Origin: the human T2T-CHM13v2.0 reference genome, Homo sapiens
Assembly: GCF_009914755.1 (NCBI RefSeq)
Contig: NC_060925.1
Direction: 5' to 3' (one strand)
DNA: 64,000 bases
In this document: positions 45,713-62,469 of the stretch, piece by piece
Layout: every line of letters begins with the position of its first letter
Numbering within the stretch: position 1 is the first letter of the stretch
The notes under the pieces: model-generated
Told to the model about the DNA's origin: nothing
Database searches by the model: none
The model's input: only the letters and a program-made list of their open reading frames with translations
Position numbers and translations under genes: made by a program

Positions 45713-46262
45713 GGCCAGCACATTTTTCTACTGGAGAACACATTATACTTTGCTACTGCCTAGTAGTGTTTGCCAACAGTCTCTAAGCATCTTAAGGGAA
45801 GAAGCCATGGCAATTTGCTCACCATTGTCTCCTCATACCTAGAATACAGCCAGACACATGGTAGGTGCTTCATAAAAATAAACAGCTGAATACCACTCTA
45901 CGCTTTGTGAAATCCAATGTAGATCGTTAAAAACTTGTTTCCAGTAGCAGTGCAGCTGTTTTGTCTAGTACCACTTGACCTTCCTATCTACAGCTTTTCC
46001 AACGACTGGCAACTATCACATCTTCCTACACTGGTGCCTTTATCATTGAATCACCCTGAGTGTAAGTTTTCAGACCGCCAAGGATTGAATGGCCTCTTTT
46101 ATCTCTGCCAGAGATCACAGCCCAGAGGGAGCAGGACCAGTATTTCCTGCTTGACTTCTTGACTTCTTTCTTCTATTCAGCCTATTTTGCCAACCAAACT
46201 GCTGACACCATCATCTTCCTCACTGCCTCTTCCCATAGAGCTTCTATTTTTGTTCTCCTAAT

Positions 46263-46296
46263 ATGTGTGCGTGTGTGTGTGTGTGTGTATGTGTGT
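46263..46296. repeat. (GT)n microsatellite
   Basis: Interrupted GT run. Confidence 0.9.
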
Positions 46297-46979
46297 TTGG
46301 ATAAACTTTATTGGCCCAGCAACCCACACAAATCCCTTCCCTTCTGTTCCAATATCTCATTTCACTCCCAGAGTTAAGGATGCCCTCACAGAGTTGGACA
46401 GTTGATTCCCTGACACTTGCTGATGTTCTGCTGCAGCAGGAGGAACAGAAGGTCTCTCTAAAATTAATTTTTTAATCCCCTGTGTTAGGAATAGAGAAAG
46501 GGCTTTTTGAGCTCAATCATATAGCTTAAGTCTATGCAAGCAATCTCACCAGGCTAGAGTAGACTTGAGAATTTTCCACAAGGACTTTTCTCAACAGGAT
46601 GTAAACTATAGAAATTCTGTGATAGTCATGGTGAATAAATTATCTGCATGGGCCTCAACCCCTTTGGGTGGAGTAGAGGTAATATTATAGGACTTCATCT
46701 TGCTGATTACCCATAGTAAGCAGGGATGGGATAATGGAAGGGGTCTCTTTTCCCCATTAGATAGTGGACTCTTTGAGGCAGATTCTATGCTTTTGTATTG
46801 TCAGTGCCTTGTCCAGTGTAGGCACTCATATTTATGACTGTTGAAATAAATTCAGCATGCAAGACATCTCTGACTTGCCCTGGAGTTTGTGAGCCAGTAT
46901 ATGTTGAGTATATGACGCTGAGTTCTAGTTTTCCCTGTGATCACCAGCATAGATGAAGTCATCTCAATGAGCTAGCAGG

Positions 46980-47756
<777 letters not shown>

Positions 47757-48141
47757 CAGGCTACTTCTGCTAGAGTGCTGGCCTTGACTCTGCCATCCTC
47801 CCCAGCTTTTGAAAGGTCACTCCAAAATCCAAACCCAACAGGCCACTGGAGAAGATTGTCTATTCATTAAAGGCTACCTACACTCATGTTTCTTAGATTA
47901 AAAAACAGCATCAGTGTATTACTCAAAACACAAAATCTTCCCTACAGAGAAAACTGCAGGGGTGTTGAGAACATAAGGAACTGGTAATCTAGGTTTACAG
48001 CTGCCAAATAAATCTAATCTAAGTATCGGTGCTCTAGTTTTTAATGATTTTATGTCAGACTGAATAAGATCCTCATTAAGCTAAGGGCCTAGAGCCTACA
48101 AATGGAAAAGTGCAAAATCAAAGTTTAAAAATGTTAAGTGA

Positions 48142-49221
<1,080 letters not shown>

Positions 49222-49558
49222 CTAAATATTTTCAAAAGCAAAATAACAAAAATTTATTCAAAAGATTTTACCACAAAACACAAAAAAGAGAAAAGAAAAT
49301 TAGAAAATAAAGTAAAAATAAAAGATTTTACTACAAAAAAATAATTTGTTTAATATGCTGTGGAGTGAGATGTCCATAAATGACGATGTCTAGGGCCTAT
49401 TAAGGTATTAAGTACTGAGGAATTTGGACTATTTTAAAATAGCAAAATGCTTTTTCCTTCCAAATTAAATGAAGCATTAAAGAGTAAGAATGAGTAGAAG
49501 CCTACATTAAAAGCCATATCCTTTAATACATGCCTTTCTTCCTTTATCTTCCTTTCAG

Positions 49559-49696
49559 AAATTCCCTACAGAGTCTCCCAAAATTCACATCCAATAAACA
49601 GCCTGCAGCCCCGAGTGACATATGTCCTGTGGATGACAGCTCTGACAGCTGCTGGTGAAAGTTCCCACGGAAATGAGAGGGAATTTTGTCTGCAAG
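49559..49696 (+). CDS. IL12RB2: IL12RB2 coding exon, 138 nt (last FNIII part)
   Basis: tttcag|AAATT ... CTGCAAG|gtgaga; encodes (E)[45 protein letters not shown]; phase 1 to 1. Confidence 0.97.
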
Positions 49697-50164
49697 GTGA
49701 GAGGCAGTGTTAAGGATGATGAGTCCACCCTGGATTCTTGCACAGGCATGCACTCCTATTACATTTGGTATAGAGATAATCAGATTTTCTTTAATTCACT
49801 AAAAACTTTCTTGCTGTCACTTTACACTTGCTGTTTCTCCTAAATAGAATGCTTTACCACTCTACTATCTTCCTGGAGACAATGTCTACTCATGTTTCAA
49901 AATTTATCGGAAATCCTTCCTCCTTCAGGAAGCCTTCCCAAATGCTCCTTACATAATGCACTTACATTTAACTCCTACTCAAAACTCTGAATCCTGTAGG
50001 CTAGGATTGATATCTGTTTACCTCTGTCTTCAAGGCCTAGCATGGTGGCCAGCACACAGTACTCGCTTACTAAGTATCTGTACACAAATGATGAGAATCA
50101 CATCAACAATAATAATAGCAGCTATTGCATATGCAACAGTCATTCTGTTAAGCGCTTTGTATAC

Positions 50165-50597
50165 TACATTAATTTGCTGGGGCTGCTGTAACGAAGCACC
50201 ACAAACTGAGTGGCCTAATCAACAGAAATCTATTGTCTCACAGTTCTAGAGGCTAGAAGTCCAAAATCAAGGTGTCAGCAGGGTTGGTTCTTTCGGAGGG
50301 CTATGAGAGAGAATCTATTCCAGGCCTCTCTCCTCTTTTCCAGTAATTTGCAGGCAGTCATTGATATTACTTGGCTTGTAGGTCTCTGCTTTCATCTGGC
50401 ATTCTCCATGTGTCCAAATTGTCTCCTTCTTATAAGGACACCAGTCATATTGGATTAGGGGCCCACTCTACTCCAGTATAACTTCATCTTAATTATATAT
50501 GCAATGATCCTAATTTCAAATGAGGTCACATTCTGAGGCTGGGGGTTTAGGACTTCAACATACAAATTTGAGGATCACCCAGTTCAACCTACAACAC
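50165..50597 (-). mobile_element. MLT1B/C-type MaLR solo LTR
   Basis: gggctgctgtaac...caccacaaactg...tctcacagttctagaggctagaagtccaaaatcaaggtgtcagcagg...aggtcacattctgagg. Confidence 0.8.
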
Positions 50598-51055
50598 ATA
50601 CTTTTGCTAATATTTCCTTACCAAAATTACACGGTTATACCTACCCCATCCTACCAGACACTCAATATGAAATGAATTTAAAAATGAAGGATTATCATGC
50701 CTTTTTTAAAGTGAGGGGACTAAGGTACAGAAAGATTACCCAAGGTCATGGAAGTGGTAAGTGGCAGAACTACAAATCAAACTCAGATTTGAGTTGCTTA
50801 AATTAAATTTGAGTCTGATGAATAAGTGACCCAGCTAGCATGGGCTTCCCTCCACCAGCTAAGTTACACTGTTCTCTCTAGCAATGCTCATTTGCATCTG
50901 CTCTAAGCATAAAACAAGCTGTTCTTGCTTTGTGACATGAAGCATCAAGTTGATCATTCAAGAGACTTTGTTGTTCTATGCCAGGAAACTCTCCACTGGG
51001 AAATTGACAAGACTTCTTCTTATCTCCCCAGCACTCCCATGAAAGTTAACTTGCA

Positions 51056-51800
<745 letters not shown>

Positions 51801-52580
51801 AAAGGAAGGCCAGATCCTCCTGATTGTATGGGGTAGAAAAAAGGTTACCTCCATTAACTTCCCTATTCAGCCCTGTTGACACTTCTCATGGGTCCTAACA
51901 GGTCTCTGGCCTCTAGCTCCTCCTGCTCACTCTCCCTCCCAGCCTGTTTTTCATTCAATCAGAAGAGGAGTCTTTCTGCAAGACTGCAGATGCTGGCATT
52001 ACTTCTCTTGTTGTAACTCATCAGTGGTTCCCCAGGGGCCTTCAAGCTAGAACTCAAACTCCATACTTGCCAGGTACACATGGTCCTATTTACCCATCTA
52101 GTTTGATCCTTTGCCACACACTTCAGCATTCATTATGGAGCAAGACCAGACTTTCTGCAGTCGCCTGAAAGTACTGGCTGTTCCCTCCTTCCATGCTTTT
52201 GCATAGTTTTTTTTTTCTGGTCTGGTCTTCCTTTGTTAGCTTATCCATTTAGCTGGCTCCTATTCATCCTCCAACTCTACATTTTTTTTTTTTTTTTTTG
52301 AGACAGGGTCTCACTCTATTGTCCAGGCTGGAGTATAGTGGCATGATCATAGCTCACTGCAGCCTCAAAATCCTGGGCCCAAGTGATTCTCATGCCTCAG
52401 CCTCACAAGTAGTTGAGACTATAGGCTCCTGCCACCATGCCCAGCTAATCAACTCTAAACTTTTGACATTGTGCCTTTTGCAAAACCTTCCTCTGCTACT
52501 TGTGAGCCAGTTTTCCATGCTGTTCTCTGCTACACTGCTGTGGACACTGCATATACCCCTGTTTTCATACATATCCCATG

Positions 52581-55073
52581 TGAATTAGTCTGTTCTCACG
52601 CTGCTATAAGGACATACCTGAGACTGGATAATTTATAGAGGAAAGAGGTTTAATTGATTCACAGTTCCACAGGGCTGGGGAAGCCTAAGGAAACTTATAA
52701 TCGTGGCAGAAGGGAAAGCAAACATGTCCTTCACAAGGTGCCAGGAGAGAGAAGAATGAGAGCCAAGTGGGGGAAAGGCCCCTTAGAAAACCATTGATTC
52801 TTGTGAGAACTCACTCACTATCATGAGAACAGCATGAAGATAACTGCCCCCATGATTGAATTACCTCCCCGCAAGTCCCTCACACCACATGTGGGGATCA
52901 TGGGAACTACAATTCAAGATAAGATTTGGGTGAGGACACAGCCAAACCATATCATCCCACTCCTGACCCCTCCCAAACCTCATGTCCTCACATTTCAAAA
53001 CACAATCATGCATTTTGAACAGTCCCCTGAAGTCTTAGGCCATTCCAGTAATAGCCCAAAAGTCCAAGTCCAAAGTCTCATCTGAGACAAAGCAAGTCTT
53101 TTCCACCTATGAGCCTATAAAATCAAAAACAAGCTAGTTACTTCCTAGATATAAAGGGGGTACAGGCATTGGGAAAATACACCCCTTCCAAATGGGAGAA
53201 ATTGGCCAAAACAAAGGAGCTATCGGCCCCATGCAAGTCCAAAATCCAGTAGGGCAATCATTAAATCTTAAAGCTCCAAAATGATCTCCTGCCTAGATCC
53301 ACTTAAGCCTAGTGTTCCATTATTGGAATGCTAAGCATGTGGGAGTTGTTTATATCCTACTGCTCAAGGTCATTGCCAAGGTCAGATTTTTCACTCATGC
53401 AAAAATTCAAAAAATTGCAACCTCAGGCATAAATAGGTTAACTCCATGTCTCACATTAGGTCATGCTGATGCAAGAGGTGGGCTCCCACAGCCTTGGGCA
53501 GCTCCACCTCTGTGGCTTTGCAGGGTACAGCCCCCTCCCAACTGCCTTCACAGCTGGCATTGAGTGTCTGCAGCTTTTCCAGGTGCATGGTGCAAGCTGT
53601 CAGTGGATCTACCATTCTAGGGTCTGGAGGACAGTGGCCCTCTTTTCACAGTTCCACTAGGCAGTGCCCAGTGGGGACCCTGTGTAGGGGCTTGCACCCC
53701 ACATTTCTCTTCCACACTGCTCTAGCAGAGGTTCTCCATAAGGGCTCCCCCCCTGCAGCAAACTTCTGCCTGGGCATCCAGGCACTTCCATACATCCTGT
53801 GAAATCTAGGCAAAGTTCTCCAAACCTGAACTCTTGACCTCTGCACACCCACAGGCCCAACACCACATGGAAGCTGCCAAGGCCTGGGGCTTGCACCCTA
53901 TGAAGCAACGGCCTGAGCTGTATGTTGGTCCCTTTTAGCCACAGCTGGAGTGGCTAGGATGCAGAGCACCAAGTCCCAAGGCTGCATACAGAAGTGGGGG
54001 CCCTGGACCCAGCCCTGAAAACCATTTTTCCCTCCTAGGCCTCCAGGCCTGTGATGGGAGGGGCTGTCATGAAGGTTCCTAACATGCTCAGGAGATATTT
54101 TCCCCATTGTCTTGGTAATTAACATTTGGCTCCTCATTACCTATGCAAATTTCTGCAGCCAGCTTGACTTTCTCCCCAGAAAATAGGGTTTTCTTTTCTA
54201 TTGAATCATCAGGCTGCAAATTTTCCAAACTTCTATGTTCTGCTTCCTCTTGAATGTTTTGCTGCTTAGAAATTTCTTCTGCCAGATATCCTAAATCATC
54301 TCTCTCAAGTTCAAAGTTCCAAAGATCTCTGGGGCAGGTACAAAATGCCACCAGTCTGTTTGCATAGCAAGAGTAACCTTTACTCCAGTTCCCAACAAGT
54401 TCCTTGTTTCCATCTGAGACCACCTCATTCTCAACTTCATTGTCCACATCACTACCAGCATTTTGGTCAAAGTCACTCGACAAGTCTCTAGGAAGTTCCT
54501 AACTTTCCCACATCTTCCTGTCTTCTCAGCCCTCCAAGTCTCTAGGAAATTCCAAACTTTCCCACATTTTCCTGTCTTCTTCTGAGCCTTCCAAACTGTT
54601 CCAACCTCTGCCTTCATCCATTTCCAAAGTTGCTTCCACATTCTCAGGTATCTTTACAGCAGCACCCCACTCTCTATGGTACCAATTTACTTACTATATT
54701 AGTCTGTTCTCATGCTGCTATAAGGACATATCTGAGACTGGGTAATTTATAAAGGAAAGAGGTTTAATTGACTCATAATTCAGCATGGCTAGGGAGGGCT
54801 CAGGAAACTTACAATCATGGCTGAAGGGAAAGCAAACACATCCTTCTTCACAAGGCAGCAGGAGAGAGAAGAATGAGAGCAAAGCAGGGGTAAAGCCCCT
54901 TATGAAACCATCAGATTCTTGTGAGAACTCCCTCATAGCATGAGAAGAGTAGCATGGGGTAACTGCCCCCATGATTCAATTACCTCCCAGTGGGTCCCTC
55001 CCACCACATGTGGGGATTATGGGAATTACAATTCAAGATGAGATTTGGGTGGGCACACAGCCAAACCATATCA
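52581..55073 (-). mobile_element. Full-length THE1D-like MaLR retrotransposon: LTR 52581-52954, internal region, LTR 54695-55073
   Basis: Two direct-repeat LTRs of about 375 bp (attagtctgttctca...cagccaaaccatatca), THE1-type internal sequence, perfect 5-bp TSD ccatg at 52576-52580 and 55074-55078. Confidence 0.93.
53298..53437 (-). mobile_element. MER85 non-autonomous piggyBac MITE (140 bp) inside the THE1 internal region
   Basis: TIR-like ends tccacttaagcct / aggcataaatagg followed by TTAA (53438-53441); internal palindrome gttccattattggaat (53314-53329); body matches the recalled MER85 consensus. Confidence 0.88.
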
Positions 55074-55504
55074 CCATGGCATCATGGCTTATTGTTTACA
55101 TGTTCACACATCTGTATCCTATACTATATTCATGACTTCTTTAGACAGCAGAGCCATGTCCTATTTATCTTTGTATCCCAGCACCTAACAGAGCCTGTTA
55201 CCTGGTTACTACTCAGCGAGTGCTGGATGAATTAATGGCCAATTCCAATAAGTAGTAAAATGCTGTAGTTCTTTTCATAGGAAAGAATAGGCACAATTTC
55301 AAACATTTCAAACATTTCACAATCACCCTAGCTAGATAAAGGCTTATGCCATACTTTGCTAAAATTAATAGCTACTGTTTCTTGAGGACCTCCTATATTC
55401 AGACACACTGCCATGTGCTTTAAATATACCATCTCTGATCTTCATGACAACCAGCAAGGTACATGTCACCATTCACATTTTATAGATCAAGAAACTGAAG
55501 TCCA

Positions 55505-55846
<342 letters not shown>

Positions 55847-56155
55847 CTAGCGGCACAGCCAGGACTAAGACAAGGCTCCCAATTCACAACTGTACTTTGC
55901 ATTCCGTACCTCCTTTCTTTCTGACCCTGTGAGTCGGAGGAGCCCTGTAGGGCCAGAGCTCCTCTTGGAACCATAGAATTGGTCCCCTTAGGGTCCCATT
56001 TCCCGCACTGCATAGACAAAAGTGAATTTACCTTGTTCTTGAGCACAGCTGCCCAGGAACTGTGGGTAAGGCCCAGAGGGCGCATACACCAATCAGGATT
56101 TTGAAATGTTCATTGGTGATAACTCACTCAGTCACAGGATTTCCTAACTTTTCAG

Positions 56156-56246
56156 GTAAAGCCAATTGGATGGCGTTTGTGGCACCAAGCATTTGCATTG
56201 CTATCATCATGGTGGGCATTTTCTCAACACATTACTTCCAGCAAAA
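56156..56246 (+). CDS. IL12RB2: IL12RB2 transmembrane exon, 91 nt
   Basis: tttcag|GTAAAG ... CAAAA|gtgagt; encodes (G)[29 protein letters not shown](K), a hydrophobic helix; phase 1 to 2. Confidence 0.97.
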
Positions 56247-56435
56247 GTGAGTTGGTTACACCTACCAAGTGGGTAAATGAGGCTTTTAAAAAATGATAAT
56301 AGCTGTTGCTGCCATGGGTCAGGGAAATGGACACTCTCACACATTCCTGGTGAGAGACTAAACTTATTTAACCACTTTGGGTGACAGTATGTGTCAAATC
56401 CTTAAAAATATATCTTTTGATCTAACAATCTCTAA

Positions 56436-58190
<1,755 letters not shown>

Positions 58191-59576
58191 AAACCACAAT
58201 ATTAATGGTGTTTATATCTGGGGATATAATTGTAGGTGATTTTAGTTTTTCTTGTTTAATTATATTTTTAGAATTTCCTTAGTAAACATGTATTATTTTT
58301 CAAAGAAAAGATTTTTAATGAGTTGGTTATTCAATACAAAGTTTTCTTCAAATGCTGTGTAAAGTAAGAGAAGAGGTCTTTTGACCTCTAACTCAAAGTC
58401 ATTCTACCAGCCATTGAACTTGTCTAACAGGCTGTACATTTATTGAAGATCTAATGTGTGATAGATACTTCAACGTGAAGCTCTCTTTGGGTAGACTTTG
58501 AAAAAGTTTAATTCAAAAGGAGTCAACTAGGATCACATGCATCCTCTTCATGGAAATTGTGAAGATCAGTTACAGTGCAGGCTAAACTGCCTTAAAAAAA
58601 AAAAGAGGACCCAAAGCACAGTGGCTTAAATAATACTTTATTTATCTTCCATATAACAGCCCTGAGGTAAGGTATCCAGACTGGTGGGCAGCTGTGCTCC
58701 ATAGTTATTTGTGGACTCAGTTTTCTTCCATCTTTTTGGCATACCATCCCTTAGGTATTGTCCTCATCTGCATGATCTCTATGAGATCACAGACACTTCT
58801 GCTCGTATTTCTTTGGAGAAAACCTAGTCACATGGCCACATCTCTTACTTCAAAAGGTTAGACAAATTGTAAAGCATACTTTTAAAACAAAAAAAAAAAA
58901 TCAAAGCTTATCAAAGCCAAGTCTTTAAAAATGTTTCATATTGTTCATGAACTTTAAAAAAAATAAGTCACATGCATTTATAAGAAATGTTTTTAGGATT
59001 TTTCCTTCTACATCATGAAAGACCTGTATTTCCTCTTATTGCCAAATACAATCACTGTTAATAGATATTTCAGATATTTCCCTATAATACTTTTTTCTTG
59101 GCATTTTTAACATGGTTGTGTTCAAGCTATTTATACCATTTTGAATCCCGTCTTTTTTTCAACTGTTCACATAATTTACCTGTCATTACAAACTCTTTGT
59201 AAATATTCTAATTAGCTAAATAGTAAGGGTAGGGAACATGTCATCTTCAATGCTTGGCAGGTAGCATTGTGCTGGTCACATATTAGGGGTTCAATCAATA
59301 TTTGTTGAATGAATGCATAGCTGGCTAGTGATAGATTGCTAAATATTAGGTTGATCAAAAGTTCCATGGTTTATTTAGCAAACCTCAAGTGGCTGTGTTG
59401 TAATTTTACAGAAAACTACCGTAGTCTTGGATGATAAATCATCTTTGTCTTTCAGTGTTTATCTTTTATTTGCATACAAAAGCAGCCCTTACACTGAAGT
59501 TACTGCACTGAGAACCTGTGCTTCCATGCCACTGTGTGCACACCTAAGGAAATGTCACTGTTTTCTTTATCTATAG

Positions 59577-59676
59577 GGTGTTTGTTCTCCTAGCAGCCCT
59601 CAGACCTCAGTGGTGTAGCAGAGAAATTCCAGATCCAGCAAATAGCACTTGCGCTAAGAAATATCCCATTGCAGAG
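59577..59676 (+). CDS. IL12RB2: IL12RB2 juxtamembrane cytoplasmic exon, 100 nt, with Box1-type IPDP motif
   Basis: ctatag|GGTG ... GCAGAG|gtaagg; encodes (K)[33 protein letters not shown]; phase 2 to 0. Confidence 0.97.
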
Positions 59677-60901
59677 GTAAGGTACAATTCCTCTGTGGTC
59701 AGTCAGTGGAGTTCTAGTGATCACCACATCTAAGTTTTCCATTGTAGTTACGAGGAAGCCTGGGTGCTGAGATCCTATGGTTGAGCTTAAGTTATTCACG
59801 CTTGGCTACCACTGAGTCATCATTCTCATTTTAATTCCTGAACTTAAGAGAAACCAGGCACAGGAATCTTCTGAAGTTTATGATCGTAAGACTAAAACCC
59901 CCTAGCTTTTTATACCTCAGTATGCCTCACTTTCCCCTTCTCACCAAACTGCTCTCCTGTTCTCCTCACCTAACTTATTTCAAAAGAAGAAAGCAAACTT
60001 TCCTTTTTTTTTTTTTTTTTTTTGCCATTTGTTGAGTACTAGCCTGAGCATTGAGTCATCCAAAATTCAAGAGAATTGAAGATTTTGATTTTCCTGTCTA
60101 AGCATAGAAAAGATAAATAGAACCCATACTATTTTGGTTTGGGCAAGAAGCCAGTACATCATTCCATTGTGCAAAGAAAAGGTTTTAAAGGAGAGGTTGA
60201 TCAGCTGGCAGATGAGAGAGGGGAGAGTAAAGGAAGTGAAGGGAACTGCTGCAGCCCAGGAAAGGAGGTGAGAAAGCTCACAGTGGGCAAGATGGGCCAT
60301 CCCTGGTGGAGGGTCTGGAAGTTGAAAGTATCTGAATATGAAGACTACATTTAAGGGGAGAAATAGGAGAGAGAAGTGGCAAGTCAATATTCCTCCCATC
60401 ACCTGGGGCTTTGACAACTCCAGGCTCCCTTTCCAAGACCTTATAACACTCCTTGCTCAAGATGCTTCTCTCCAACTACCGAGTATGTTCTGTCATCCAC
60501 ACCCTTCCTCAGGCCAGAAGCCAGTGGTCCATAGTCCCAACCTCCACTCAAAAAAAAAGAGTGGATCCCAGCCACAGATTCTTTAGGCATTTAAGTCTCT
60601 ATAGTTTAGTGCCTTTGAAATCAAGCCCAGAGGCCACCCCTGCCTCTGCCACTTACTATGTGTGTGACTCTTGGGCAACTTGCCCAACTATCTGAGCCCA
60701 AGTTTCAGCCTCAATAAAACAGGAGTTGACAGTATCATTCTTACTTACCACTGTGAGGATTAAATAAGATGCCATGTAAAGCACATGGGTCATATAAGAC
60801 AAAGATCATTCACTTTCTTCCCAAGAAGACCCATAATTTAAGTCTCCTCTGAGGGATTTCATCCCTATTAAGTTACAACAGCAAAAATAGTGATAATAAC
60901 A

Positions 60902-60904
<3 letters not shown>

Positions 60905-60932
<28 letters not shown>

Positions 60933-61110
60933 CTATACACACACACACACACAAACTGCTGTTTTATATATATGTATACAAACTGCTGTTATTACTATTT
61001 TATATATATAATATACAGGTTATATAATTATATATTTTCTATATTCTGTCATATAATATATAATTATATAATAATATTATACATTCATTATTATAATTTA
61101 GATATATTAT
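60905..61110. repeat. (GT)14-cta(t)-(AC)8 compound microsatellite followed by AT-rich low complexity
   Basis: Direct reading. Confidence 0.95.
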
Positions 61111-61179
61111 CTTCTATGTACCAGGCACTTTTGAAAACATTTTCATACGTTAACATTTAACCCATAAACATCTCTATGA

Positions 61180-61489
<310 letters not shown>

Positions 61490-62171
61490 ATGAAGTTGTA
61501 TGATTATCTTCATTTTCCGCATGAGGAAACTGAGGCACAGAGGACTACGTAACTTGCCCAATGTTAGTCAGTGAGTACATGGTGGATCCTGGACTCATAT
61601 CCAAGCAGGATATGCTGCCTATCATTGCACTACACATTTTAAAGGATCTTTAAACACGGGGTGAGGAGAGAGTTTCTAGCAGTCTACACCTCTGAGCTGA
61701 AGAGACTTATTAAAAGTAAGACAGGAGGAAGGTGATAGAAATTGGTATACATATGCCCAAAGTTGTGTAGTATAAGTGTATTCATTGCAGCATTATCAAT
61801 AGAAGCAAAAACTCGGGCATAATGTAAAGGTGCACCAGGATGCAAATTAAACTTTTTGGGTACATCCATACAATAGGGTATTAGGCAAAAACTAAAAAAA
61901 TGACATAGATCTATATGTGCCTAAAGATCTACAAGATACTTAAAAGTAAAAAGAGCAATATTTATCACAATTGTCCAAAGTGGGTTTATTTATATAAAAA
62001 TGAGGGCGATTTTACACACACTCATACATCTGCAGCATGGGCACAGGATATTTCTGGAAGCCCACTATGATACATATGAAATGGATACTGGTGGTTGCCT
62101 CCAGGGAGAGGGTTGAGAGTATGAAGGCCACTTAATTTTCATTACATAGTCCCTTTGAACTTTTAGATATC

Positions 62172-62469
62172 TTTTTTTTTTTTTTTTTTTTTTTTGAGAC
62201 GGAGTCTCGCTTTGTTGCCAGGCTGGAGTGCAGTGGCACTATCTCGGCTCACCGCAAGCTCCGCCTCCTGGGTTCACACCATTCTCCTGCCTCAGTCTCC
62301 TGAGTAGCTGGGACTGCAGGGGCACGCTGCCACGCCTGGCTAATTTTTTTGTATTTTTTTAGTAGAGATGGGGTTTCACCATGTTGGCCAGGCTGGTGAC
62401 CCCAAGTGATCCACCCGCCTCAGCCTCCCAAAGTGTTGGGAGTACAGGCATGAGCCACCACACCTGGCC
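62172..62469 (-). mobile_element. Alu (Y-like right arm, deleted left arm)
   Basis: gcaagctccgcc...cacaccattctc; ggctggtgaccccaagtgatcc lacks about 12 nt. Confidence 0.85.

Noticed and set aside
49261-49338. 18-bp direct repeat aaagatttta(c)cacaaaa with 60-nt period
   Set aside because: Small duplication in A-rich low-complexity DNA; no sign of function.
54481-54600. About 55-bp tandem duplication (caagtctctaggaa...) in the THE1 internal region
   Set aside because: As I recall it is part of the THE1D-internal consensus, and the two copies are diverged, so it is not locus-specific.
54088-54641. 131-aa and 116-aa ORFs in the THE1 internal region
   Set aside because: Fragmented remnants of the MaLR internal ORF; no intact retroviral gene.
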